DNA of 61,206 nt, the filler included. It is 9 parts of 9 records of this genome, joined end to end, with 100 filler letters (N's around TTAATTAATTAA, not from the genome) between each part and the next. Parts side by side here need not be neighbours in the genome. Positions count along the whole stretch, not along the records: positions 48,562 to 54,447 come from SRR31147125_84891; positions 54,548 to 61,206 come from SRR31147125_84969; 7 more parts are not named here. One strand, 5' to 3'. The translations under genes and the position numbers were made by a program. Position 1 is the stretch's first letter. Each line of letters starts with the position of its first letter. Shown piece after piece: positions 48,675-58,386 of the stretch. Below the pieces are notes generated by a model that searched no databases, had not been told where the DNA came from, and saw only the letters and a program-made list of their open reading frames with translations.

Positions 48675-50921
48675 TTATTTAAGACTGGTCGAACCGGTCA
48701 CCTCGATGGTGAACTCCTCCAGGTCATCAGGTAGGCCGGAAAAGACAACCATGAAGGGGATCGACTTCCCAGGTTCGATCTTGACGTTGCTGCGATTGTC
48801 GCCCAAACGATTGGCCAGGCGGGACAGAATCTTATCCCATTCCAGATTAGCCAGTTCCAAATCTGACATCACATTTCCACAATATATTTTCTCTTCATGA
48901 ACCGGAACCTTGCCCGACGAAAAAATCTTACCCATGATGGTAACCATGCCGCGATTTTCGGCGTACCCGTTTTTTACATTTCCGGTAATCACAAAAAGTT
49001 TGCCGACGTTGGCATTGTCGACGAAACGACTGTTGATATCAGAGGTAGTCAACTTCAGGTTCCCCGGATCCTGCACCTTGGGCGCCAAGTAGTCGCTGAT
49101 AAATGGGATGTCGATACCGCTCTTGTTCAGATAATAGTAGGTACCATACCCGGCAGCACCGAGGGCAATAAGAATCAACAAAAATACTAAAGACTTGCTC
49201 GTTCCCTTTTTCACCGGTTTGGGTTTGGGCGCCTGCGAGGAGGCGGCAACGGGCTCCGCCGTTTTTTCCGCGGCGGGCGCTGCAGCCGTGTCCACCATGG
49301 CCACGGTCTCCTCCAAGGCTTCATCGGCAATGGCGTCTTCCGCCGGGTCATCTTCATCCACCTCGAATTCCAGTTCCATGTCTGCCGGCTCTTTGGACGC
49401 CCCTTCGGTTCCGGATCTCGCCGGTGCCTGATCCTCGAAATCAGACAGGTCAAAATCCAGATCACTGTCGATCGCAACCGTTTCAGTCGCTTGGGCCGCG
49501 CCATTTTCATCGGACAAATCGAGTTCCAGTTCCTGATCCTCCAGGGCATCGTCATCAACATCGGGATCCACATCTTCCAACACCTGTTCGAGCTCTGAAA
49601 GGTCTAGCTCCTCATCCGCCAGAAGCTGGTCATTAGCGGATTCAGACATCCACTTTTCTGATTCGAGACTGGCTTCGATATCCAGATCCAAATCCTGCTC
49701 CGGAACGCTGATTTTCTGTCCGCCAATTGTGGGTTCTTCGAGCATTTTCTCGATTTCCGATAGATCAAGCTCACTATCGGCATCGCCACCCTCAAAAGCC
49801 TCGGCCTTGCCATCCTCATCCAGCTCCAATTCAAGGTCTGACAGCGTCTCATCCGGTGCGCCGCCTTGCTCGGCCCCGGCGGTTGATGGTCCGTCATCCA
49901 ATTCAAGGGATGCCTCGGATAATTCATCCACGTCGACGACCATGGTTGCGCTATCATCCCCACCGTCTTCATCGAACATTTCTTCCAGACTGGACATGTC
50001 TAGATCGTCTTCGAGCACTGGTGTTGCAACAGCCGATTTTTCCTCGGCAAGGCCATCACCTTCCAGATCAAATGCCAGATCCAATTCCTCGTCGGCGTCC
50101 GTTTCCAATTCGAAATCGAGAGAGAGATCATCCTTTACGGCGTCAGCCGGTTCGGAGACGGGCGCCTCGCTTGATGGCGCCTCGTCATCGAGATCCAACG
50201 AAAGGTCGAGATCATCTTCCGTTTCCAACGGAACCTCGCCTGATGAATCTGCAAGGCCGGCGCCTTCCTCGAATTCCAGGGAAAAATCATCATCCAAATC
50301 AACGCCGTCATCCTCGTCCAGGTCGGTAATGACCATGGTGACACTATCGTCATCATCGGCAGCGGCATCGAGGGGAATATCCAGATCAAGGTCCTCCCCG
50401 TCGAGGTCGACGATAACGGTTTCCTCGGAACCCGGTTGGTCATCCAAGGAAAGGTCAAAATCATCATCATCCAAATCGGCAACCATCGTCGCCGACATGT
50501 CGTCATCATCTGCAGACTCGGATGGAAGGTCCAACTCCAAATCATCCTCGTCCAGGCTGGCAATAATGGTTGCACCATCTTCATCCGTGGCAACGGGTTC
50601 AGCGTCTATTTCCTCGAGTTCTTCACCCAGAACTTTGCTCACAGCATCATCAATATCGTCAACAGTGGCGTCATCCGCATCCGCCGCGTCCGCCATAGCG
50701 GAATCAAAAGAGGCGCCGGTCGAATCGTTCCCGGCTCCGGTTGTCCCCGGTGCGGCGACAGGTTCGGTTTGATCGCCCGCCGATTCAGCGGATAGCGCTT
50801 CTTCGGGGAACATGGTGAATACATTGGCGCACACCGAACACCTGACCTTTGAACCAGTCGGTTTAAGCATCTTGTCGTCAAGATTGAAACTGGTGCTGCA
50901 CGCTTTACAGGTGATAATCAT
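48675..50921 (-). CDS. MJ0042-type zinc-ribbon / DUF3426 membrane protein with a very long acidic linker
   Basis: CKAC...VRCSVC N-terminus, about 500 aa D/E-rich low-complexity region, TM helix, C-terminal LFVITGNVKN...IPFMVVF. Confidence 0.85.
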   Translation of the reverse strand: MIITCKACSTSFNLDDKMLKPTGSKVRCSVCANVFTMFPEEALSAESAGDQTEPVAAPGTTGAGNDSTGASFDSAMADAADADDATVDDIDDAVSKVLGEELEEIDAEPVATDEDGATIIASLDEDDLELDLPSESADDDDMSATMVADLDDDDFDLSLDDQPGSEETVIVDLDGEDLDLDIPLDAAADDDDSVTMVITDLDEDDGVDLDDDFSLEFEEGAGLADSSGEVPLETEDDLDLSLDLDDEAPSSEAPVSEPADAVKDDLSLDFELETDADEELDLAFDLEGDGLAEEKSAVATPVLEDDLDMSSLEEMFDEDGGDDSATMVVDVDELSEASLELDDGPSTAGAEQGGAPDETLSDLELELDEDGKAEAFEGGDADSELDLSEIEKMLEEPTIGGQKISVPEQDLDLDIEASLESEKWMSESANDQLLADEELDLSELEQVLEDVDPDVDDDALEDQELELDLSDENGAAQATETVAIDSDLDFDLSDFEDQAPARSGTEGASKEPADMELEFEVDEDDPAEDAIADEALEETVAMVDTAAAPAAEKTAEPVAASSQAPKPKPVKKGTSKSLVFLLILIALGAAGYGTYYYLNKSGIDIPFISDYLAPKVQDPGNLKLTTSDINSRFVDNANVGKLFVITGNVKNGYAENRGMVTIMGKIFSSGKVPVHEEKIYCGNVMSDLELANLEWDKILSRLANRLGDNRSNVKIEPGKSIPFMVVFSGLPDDLEEFTIEVTGSTSLK

Positions 50922-50931
50922 GACACCCTCA

Positions 50932-51453
50932 CTAAAGTTTCATATGGTAAATTTCCGGCAGATTCCTGTATTCCTCTGCATAATCCAAACCATACCCAAC
51001 GAGAAAACCTTCTTCCACGGCTGCGCATGCATAGTCGACCTTGATTGCCGTTTCCCGCCGTTCGCTTTTATCGACCATGGCGCATACCTTGACGCTTTTT
51101 GGACCAAAGCCCTGCAAGTGGTTGATAAGATGAGTCAGGGTCAGGCCGGTATCGACGATGTCCTCGACCAAAAGTACGTCCTTACCACGGATATCAACGT
51201 CGATATCTTTCTTCAGCACAATTTTCTCTGATGATATTGTATCGGCACCATAGCTAGAAGCTTGAATAAAATCGATTTTTATCTTTTCTAAATTTAATTG
51301 ACGGACTAAATCGGCGAGGAAGAGAAAGGCCCCCTTGAGCACGCCGATCAACACCAGCTCGCGGCCCTGATAATCGGAGGAAATGACTTCGGCGATTCTG
51401 GCTATGCGACGGTGGATCTCGTCTTTTTTAATGATGGGTATGAATTCAGGCAT
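50932..51453 (-). CDS. hpt: Hypoxanthine phosphoribosyltransferase
   Basis: GVLKGA, ASSYG, LVEDIVDTGLT, FLVGYGLDY. Confidence 0.95.
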   Translation of the reverse strand: MPEFIPIIKKDEIHRRIARIAEVISSDYQGRELVLIGVLKGAFLFLADLVRQLNLEKIKIDFIQASSYGADTISSEKIVLKKDIDVDIRGKDVLLVEDIVDTGLTLTHLINHLQGFGPKSVKVCAMVDKSERRETAIKVDYACAAVEEGFLVGYGLDYAEEYRNLPEIYHMKL

Positions 51454-51670
51454 GGTTAATTGTTATCCGCTGCCCGTCTTTCAACGGGCAGCCTTTTTGT
51501 CGTTCAAGTAAGAAAGCAACTGGAATCATGGAAGTCTGTCAAATAGCGGCAAGCGGATGCCGCCGCTCAAAGTTGAGCATCGAAAGGAATTAAATGCAAG
51601 CCGGAATTCAAGCTTGCCGGACGCCCGAAAAATATCGTAATGAGCGATAGATGTCAATGAATTTAATTTG

Positions 51671-52570
51671 TTACAAACCCGCGGCGGACAGTTTTGCGAC
51701 TAGCTTTTTCTGTTCGTCGGTCAGTTCTTTTGGAATATCGACCGCAACCGTAACGTAAAGGTCACCCTTGGCCTGCCCCTGCATTTTGGGGAGCCCGTGT
51801 CCGGTCAGGCGCATGCGGGTTTTGTGCCGTGTTCCCGGAGGGATTTTAAGGTTCAACTCTCCGCCCTCGATGGTTGGAACGGCAACCTGGGCGCCTAAAG
51901 ATTCACTGAGCCGGATCGTGATCGTAGTGTGAAGATCATATGCGTCCGCTGAAAAAACCGGATCGGCGACGACCTTGGATTGGATGAACAAATCGCCGGG
52001 AGGGCCGCCGTAACTGCTTTGCTCCCCCTTTCCGGCAAGACGAAGCTTTTTACCGGTAATCATGCCCGGAGGAATTTTAACGGTGATGTTTTCATTGCGG
52101 CCCTGGTGCTGGAAGGTTACGCTTTTGCTCGAACCACTGGCAACCTCCTTGAGCGTTAATGGTAATTCGTAAACCAGATCAGAGCCTTTGACCGGCGCTT
52201 GGCGCCGCTGATGTCCACCGAAAGGGCCGCCAAATGGCGAACCGCCACCGAATGAGAAACGCGTTCCCTGGCCGCCAAATCCGAACTCCTTAAGAATATC
52301 TCCCAGGTCCACGTTCCTGAATATATCCTCTTGAGAATACCGCTGATGAAAATCCGTCGAACCAAAGGTATCGTACTGTTGGCGTTTTTCTTTATCGCTG
52401 AGGACAGCATAGGCTTCGCTGACCTTTTTGAACATTTCCTCGGCATGTTTGTCACCCTTTGAATGGTCCGGATGATATTTCATGGCCAGCTTGCGGTATG
52501 CCTTCTTAATCTCGGCATCCGTGGCGGTTTTGGATACCCCCAATATCTGATAATAGTCCTGCTGGGACAT
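51671..52570 (-). CDS. DnaJ-class chaperone without zinc finger (CbpA-like)
   Basis: J-domain with HPD, G/F-rich linker, DnaJ C-terminal domain, no CxxCxGxG repeats. Confidence 0.9.
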   Translation of the reverse strand: MSQQDYYQILGVSKTATDAEIKKAYRKLAMKYHPDHSKGDKHAEEMFKKVSEAYAVLSDKEKRQQYDTFGSTDFHQRYSQEDIFRNVDLGDILKEFGFGGQGTRFSFGGGSPFGGPFGGHQRRQAPVKGSDLVYELPLTLKEVASGSSKSVTFQHQGRNENITVKIPPGMITGKKLRLAGKGEQSSYGGPPGDLFIQSKVVADPVFSADAYDLHTTITIRLSESLGAQVAVPTIEGGELNLKIPPGTRHKTRMRLTGHGLPKMQGQAKGDLYVTVAVDIPKELTDEQKKLVAKLSAAGL

Positions 52571-52712
52571 GGTTAAATCAGCTCCCCTGTTCTATTAATG
52601 TTTAATTTCAACGCATGCTTGAATGATCATCGCTCAGTGGAATTGTCGATGTCAAAATAAGGTGTTAGAAATTCGATGTCAAGCCAGGGTCTGTTGGCCG
52701 GCCGCCGGGGAT

Positions 52713-54447
52713 TCACCTGTTTTTCCATACGCGCAGGTGAACCATGAGAACGGAAATGGCCGCCGGCGTCATGCCTTCGATGCGGCCGGCCTGCCCCAGG
52801 GAGCCGGGCCGCACTGCGGCCAGTTTTTCCTTGAGTTCACTGGAAAGACCGTGAACGGACGCGTAATCCAAACCTTCGGGCAATTGAACCTGTTCCAGAT
52901 GCTTGAACCGTTCAATCTCTTGAAGTTGGCGCCGAATGTACCCCTCGTACTTGATTTCGATCTCCACCTGCCGGGTCACGACCCGGGGCAACGACGGATC
53001 GGCCGGTGCCAGGGTCTCCACCGCCTCGTAATCCAGCTCGGCCCGCTTGATCAATTGGGACAAATGCATGCCATTATCGATGGGGCGGGTGCCGCGCGCG
53101 ACCAGGTAATCGTTGACTTCAGTCAAGGGCTTGATCACCGTCTGTTTGACGCGCTTTATTTCCGCCGCTATCTGCCGCTTGCGGTCCCGGTTGTGCTTGA
53201 CCGTATCCGCATCCACCAGGCCGAGATCGTGGCCGATTTCACAGAGCCGCAAGTCGGCGTTGTCCTCCCTGAGCATCAGCCGGTATTCGGCCCGCGAGGT
53301 AAACATGCGGTAGGGTTCGCGGGTCCCCCGGGTGACCAGGTCATCGACCATTACGGCCATGTATGCCTGACTGCGATCCAGGATGAACGCCGGCCGCCGT
53401 TGAACGGCACAGGCGGCGTTGATGCCGGCCCACAGGCCCTGGGCCGCGGCCTCTTCGTAGCCTGACGTACCGTTGATCTGTCCGGCCAGATAGAGCCCGT
53501 TAATACGCTTGGTTTCAAGCGTCGGCCGCAACTGGACCGGATTGATGAAATCGTACTCGATGGCATAGGCCGGACGCATGATCTCGGCCTCCTCCAGTCC
53601 GCGAACCGTTCTGACAACCTCGATCTGGACGTCCATGGGCAGGCTATTACCAAGGCCCGAGGCATAGATTTCCTGGGTGTCCAGCCCTTCGGGCTCGAGG
53701 ATGATCTGGTGACGGTCGCGGTCCGGGAAGCGGACGACCTTGTCTTCGAAAGACGGGCAGTAACGCGCCGGAGCCCCTTTGATGATACCGCTATGCAGGG
53801 CCGAAAGGTGCAAATTGTCACGCACCAACTGGTGAACCGCCTCGCTGGTGTGTCCGATGTGACTGGGCACCTGGGGCAGGCGTGTCGATGGTGCGAAAAA
53901 GGAAAACGACCGCTGTGGATCTTCCAGCACCTGCTGCTCGAACTGGGAAAAATCAATCGTGGTCCGGTCGAGACGCGGCGGCGTACCGGTCTTCATTCGC
54001 CCCAGGGTAAACCCCAGCTCCTTGAGATGGGCGGGCAGGTTGTAAGCGGCGAACTCGCCGGCCCGGCCGGCCTGAATTGATTTGAAGCCGATATGCACCA
54101 GCCCGGAAAGAAACGTCCCCGTGGCCAGAACCACGCACGGCGCCTCGAACCCAAATCCGGTGTGATCCTCCACCCCGCGCACCCGGTGGCCATCGACAAT
54201 CAGGCGTTCCACCAGGGCCTGTTTGAGGTCCAGGTTGGCCTGGCTCTCCACCACGGCCTTCATGGCCGTGTGATAGCGCCCCTTGTCGTTCTGGGTGCGG
54301 GTGGATTGGACGGCGGGTCCTTTTTTGGTATTCAGGGTCTTGTACTGGATGGCGGTCTGGTCGGCCAGTTTGGCCATCTCACCACCCAGGGCATCGATCT
54401 CCTTGACCAGCTGGCCTTTGGCCATGCCGCCGATGGAGGGGCTGCAC
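52713..54447 (-). CDS. mnmG: tRNA uridine-5-carboxymethylaminomethyl(34) synthesis enzyme MnmG, 5'-truncated
   Basis: [54 protein letters not shown]. Confidence 0.97.
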
Positions 54448-54566
54448 NNNNNNNNNNNNNNNNNNNNNNNNNNNNNNNNNNNNNNNNNNNNTTAATTAAT
54501 TAANNNNNNNNNNNNNNNNNNNNNNNNNNNNNNNNNNNNNNNNNNNNGGGGGTTACCGAATATTTA

Positions 54567-56588
54567 CAGGACATTAGCAGAAACTTTATAATTATCAATA
54601 TGTTAACCATACGAAGACTCTCTCACTTTGAGTAGAATCGTTTTTCCATCTCGGCTCAATCCCATCATATTATAAGCTTCTGCAAGCTTGATAATTTTTT
54701 TCTTGTAAGGGACAGACACGCCCTTGAGATTGATCCAATAGTTTATTTCGGAAGAAGTTTCTATATACATCCCTGTACGATCAAAGAGCGTTTCAATTAG
54801 ATTATCAAGCCCTATACTTATTCCTGAATGCTCAATCAAGATATTTAGAAACCTCAACAAGAAGTTTTCCAGATGAAGTGTCCTAACTGTCATAATCATT
54901 TGCTTGCGGAAATCGCGATCTGAACGTTCTCCAACAGGCCCAATGGCTTCAATTTTTTCAGCAGTATCGGAGCACTTTTTTTGTTCTTTTAATTCTTTTT
55001 CCATCACGACAAGGCGATTTCGACGCTGTTCCAACCTTTTACCGTGACCTTTTTCTTCTGACTCTTTTATTTTGACCAATTGCCCACTAATATCCTGCAC
55101 TTTCTTCTCAATTTTATGGTCAATTTTTTCACGCTGTTCTTTAACTTTTTTTACCTTTCGCTCATGATGACGATCTGGTCCTGTTATTTTTTTTATACCG
55201 TAATTGACTTCAAGTGCTCCATGGCTCTTCATTCGCTTAAAACCATTTTCTTGAATTTCAGTACGTTTGGCGTAGAGCTCAGGCCAAGCAAAGGGGGCGT
55301 AACCATCTTTTATTGTGGAGGTTCCCCAATATGGCAGTAATTTTCCGTCATTTTCTACAATAACAAAATATCGTGGGTCTTCATTGCGCCGTTTTTCATC
55401 ACTCCACTGACCTGTATAAATTTCACCAAAATCCTCTAAGTATCCAACATGTTCGTGATCCCAATCCGATAAATTTGTATATTGGTTACTGTTCAGCATT
55501 GATAGCAGTCCCCATTTTCGTGCTTCAAATTCTGCTGCAAGACTTTCTGAATTGACTTCACGGTCAATTATGAAAACATTTGTAGCTGTGTTCTGAACTA
55601 TTTGCTCACAATAGTCCAAAATTACTCCCGGCAAACGGATATCCGGTGGATAATATTCCACAAAAATAGCTCTGCCATGCTCATCATGAGCAACCACAGC
55701 ATTTGAGCCTGCCATAATACGCCCCAGCATCGTGATCTTACCTTTGTGCATGGAGACGCTACTCCAGAACGCGATCATATGCCCATCAATATAGCAAATA
55801 TTCCCGGGGTCTTCTGGGATCAAAATATTTCGAAGGAGTTGACCGACATTAATTCTCTCCAGTTCTCCAAGGTACTGGGTTAACGTTGAACTTTGATAAC
55901 CTCTGCCAATCAGAGTCGTAAGACAATGATCCTTGTAGTCAACTTCCGTCAATTTGTTAATGCCCAGTAAAGGGCCATAAAATAAGGCCTTAAAGCGGAG
56001 TATCAGCGTTTTATCTCTATGAAAAAGTAATGGAAACGTGTCATCCGGATGTTCCTTTCTCCACATTTCAATGCCTTGCTTCAACTGTGCCAATACAATT
56101 GAAAACCCATCCTGAAATTCCATCCATTCTGCAAAAAGATGAACACCTGTAGATTCAAGATTGGGAATTATTTTTACTAAATTGCTGTATTTTGAGCATC
56201 GAAAAGTAGAAGGGCGCCCCTTTTTTCTACTCAGCCCCCACGTTGCTCGTATCCGGTTAAAATGGCGAGTTGTGATACCAATTATCCCCACAGACTCGAC
56301 TGCTTTTTCGAGTGCATGAGAACTGGGAAGACCCGGTTGTTCAGATACAATATTCCAAAGAACTATTTGTTGAGCAATTGTTATTTTTCTTCTGTTATAA
56401 AAAACTGGACTCGACTCTGGAAATGAAATATTCTCGGCTGTATGCATAACTTAGTCCTTTTTTTTAAAATTCTATTATGTATCGGATTAAGTTTTGCTTA
56501 TTTCACTGCATCTTTTCAAGTGTCCTTTTAATTTTTATTAAAATTCAACAGGTTAATTCAAGTTGTAATCAAGCCTGTAAAGTCCCTG
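54567..56588 (-). mobile_element. Insertion sequence with a 614-aa DDE-type transposase (CDS 54603..56447); family uncertain
   Basis: YIDGH, IIDRE, R..QENGFK acidic triad; imperfect terminal repeats CAGGACATTAGCAG and CTGTAAAGTCCCTG. Confidence 0.6.
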
Positions 56589-57250
56589 TTAAAAACATTA
56601 ACCGTCAAAAGCTGTATTTACCGGACACAGAAATCAAAAGTGAACTTTCAAACCTGGAACATATTCTTACCAGAAATATTGATTGGGATTTGATTAGAGA
56701 GCAATACGATCAGATGGTAAAATACGCTACTGCTTTGAGACTTGGAACTGCGGAAACAGAAGCAATCATGAAAAGATTCACGAGAAATAACTTACAGCAC
56801 CCTACCTACAAAGCCTTACAGGAACTTGGAAAAGTCGTAAAAACGATTTTTCTGTGCGAATATCTTGCATCTGAAGAACTCCGTATAGAAATCAATCAGG
56901 GATTGAATGTAGTAGAAAACTGGAATTCCGCTAATGGCTTTATTTTTTATGGGAAATCCAGTGAAATACAATCGAACAACATTGCAGACCAGGAAATTTC
57001 TGTTTTATGCTTGCACCTTCTTCAAATTTGTCTGGTGTACGTCAATACCTTAATGATTCAGGAAATTTTATCGGAAGATGATTGGTCAGAAAGGATGAAA
57101 TCAGAGGATTACAGAGCTTTAACGCCATTAATTTATCAGCATGTGAATCCGTATGGCAATTTCCATCTTGATATGAGAGAGAGACTACAGCTTAAAATTA
57201 ACGCATAAAAGCTACTTTGCCGCTCAGAGCACGTTCGCTTCCACTACCCC
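56589..57250 (+). mobile_element. Tn3-family transposase C-terminal fragment plus right end
   Basis: [47 protein letters not shown] terminus at 57247-57250. Confidence 0.85.
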
Positions 57251-58121
57251 GAAATGTGGCAAAAAGCTCGTTGCCGATATGGGTGCAATAGCCGTTTACA
57301 CCCTCATGCCGGGCTCCAGTGTCATCAACGTTGGTGTACAAAGAAACTGCAAGCCCCACCTTGAGGATTTCGTCTTTTTCTGCGTGAAAGAGATCATGCC
57401 CTTCAATAATAATATTATTAAGTTGACCGGATGAAATATCAACACCTATATCACGTAATTGATCCAACAATATCGGCTGGGTCACATGGGCATGATAATA
57501 TTGATAGAGAATGAACCTCTTTAAGTTCTGGTCAAAATGACTACCGCCCAACTCGGCAGGAAGCTTTCCCACAAAATTTTGACCATCCGGTGATACCCAT
57601 CGTTCCAGTAAATACTTAGTATTGAATGGCTCGATACGAAGCCCCTGCACTACAAACTCGTTGTATTCTTTAAATTTGCTTCCAGCGGGTAGACCTTCCG
57701 GAGCAATTTTTATTTCTGAATGGATTTCAAGAGTTCTGGTTTTACGTCGCTTATCTGAGCCAGGACGTTTTCCTGTTGAGGAAAATTTTTTCTTGCGGCG
57801 TGGTTCAAGTTTGGAAGGTTTAATATCCGGCTTTCCTTGTTCCCCTTTAAGACGAGCGATTTCATCACGGAGTTTTTGATTTTCTTCATGAAGCGCATTC
57901 AATGATTCAAGTAATAATAAAACCAATGGCGTACGTTCATCTGGAGAAATGTCATCAATTTTTGGAATCTTGACAACCATGGGTTGCGCTCCCTGATCAT
58001 TAATAAATTTACCATCAAACTCATAGGAAATATAAGAAGCATTGTTTCAAATTTCAATATTTCATTACTGATAGGTGGTTTTCATAAATTAGGAATTTAC
58101 CCGGACGAATTGAGAACTTAC
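57251..58121 (-). mobile_element. IS66-like transposase 5' fragment (CDS from 57980), interrupted by the Tn3 end
   Basis: LRDEIARLKG, VDDTGARH.G.NGYCTHIGNELF; candidate left end GTAAGTTCTCAA at 58121. Confidence 0.7.
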
Positions 58122-58184
58122 GCCAAAGAGTACGGCGTCAGCCGCGGCACCATCTACAATGTTTTGAAAGAGGTGAAATCATGA
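58122..58184 (+). pseudogene. C-terminal HTH remnant of a resolvase/invertase-like gene
   Basis: AKEYGVSRGTIYNVLKE begins right at the candidate IS66 end. Confidence 0.5.
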
Positions 58185-58386
58185 ATGAGCAAAAACCGAC
58201 AGACCCGGCATTGTAGCCCCTTAAGATTCAATTTCAATAAAAGATAACAGGTTCATGTTAAGGGGCATGCATGACATCTGTTTTGTGGAGGGCCGGGACG
58301 CCCTCCCGATTCAGTGTCCTATTTCAATGGATTTTTTATCATTGACATCCGTCACTGTAACATCCGTTATCTTTGCCATTTGCGCC

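Noticed and set aside
51469-51500. GC-rich hairpin with a T-tract upstream of hpt
   Set aside because: The T-tract is on the strand opposite the flanking genes, so no function could be assigned
5743-54547. Recurring TTAATTAATTAA as a biological repeat, and functional links across spacers
   Set aside because: Artificial concatenation linker; adjacency across it carries no information
58216-58266. GCCCCTTAA/TTAAGGGGC inverted repeat as a transposon end or res site
   Set aside because: Only 9 bp with no partner end; could be a terminator for the peptidase or chance
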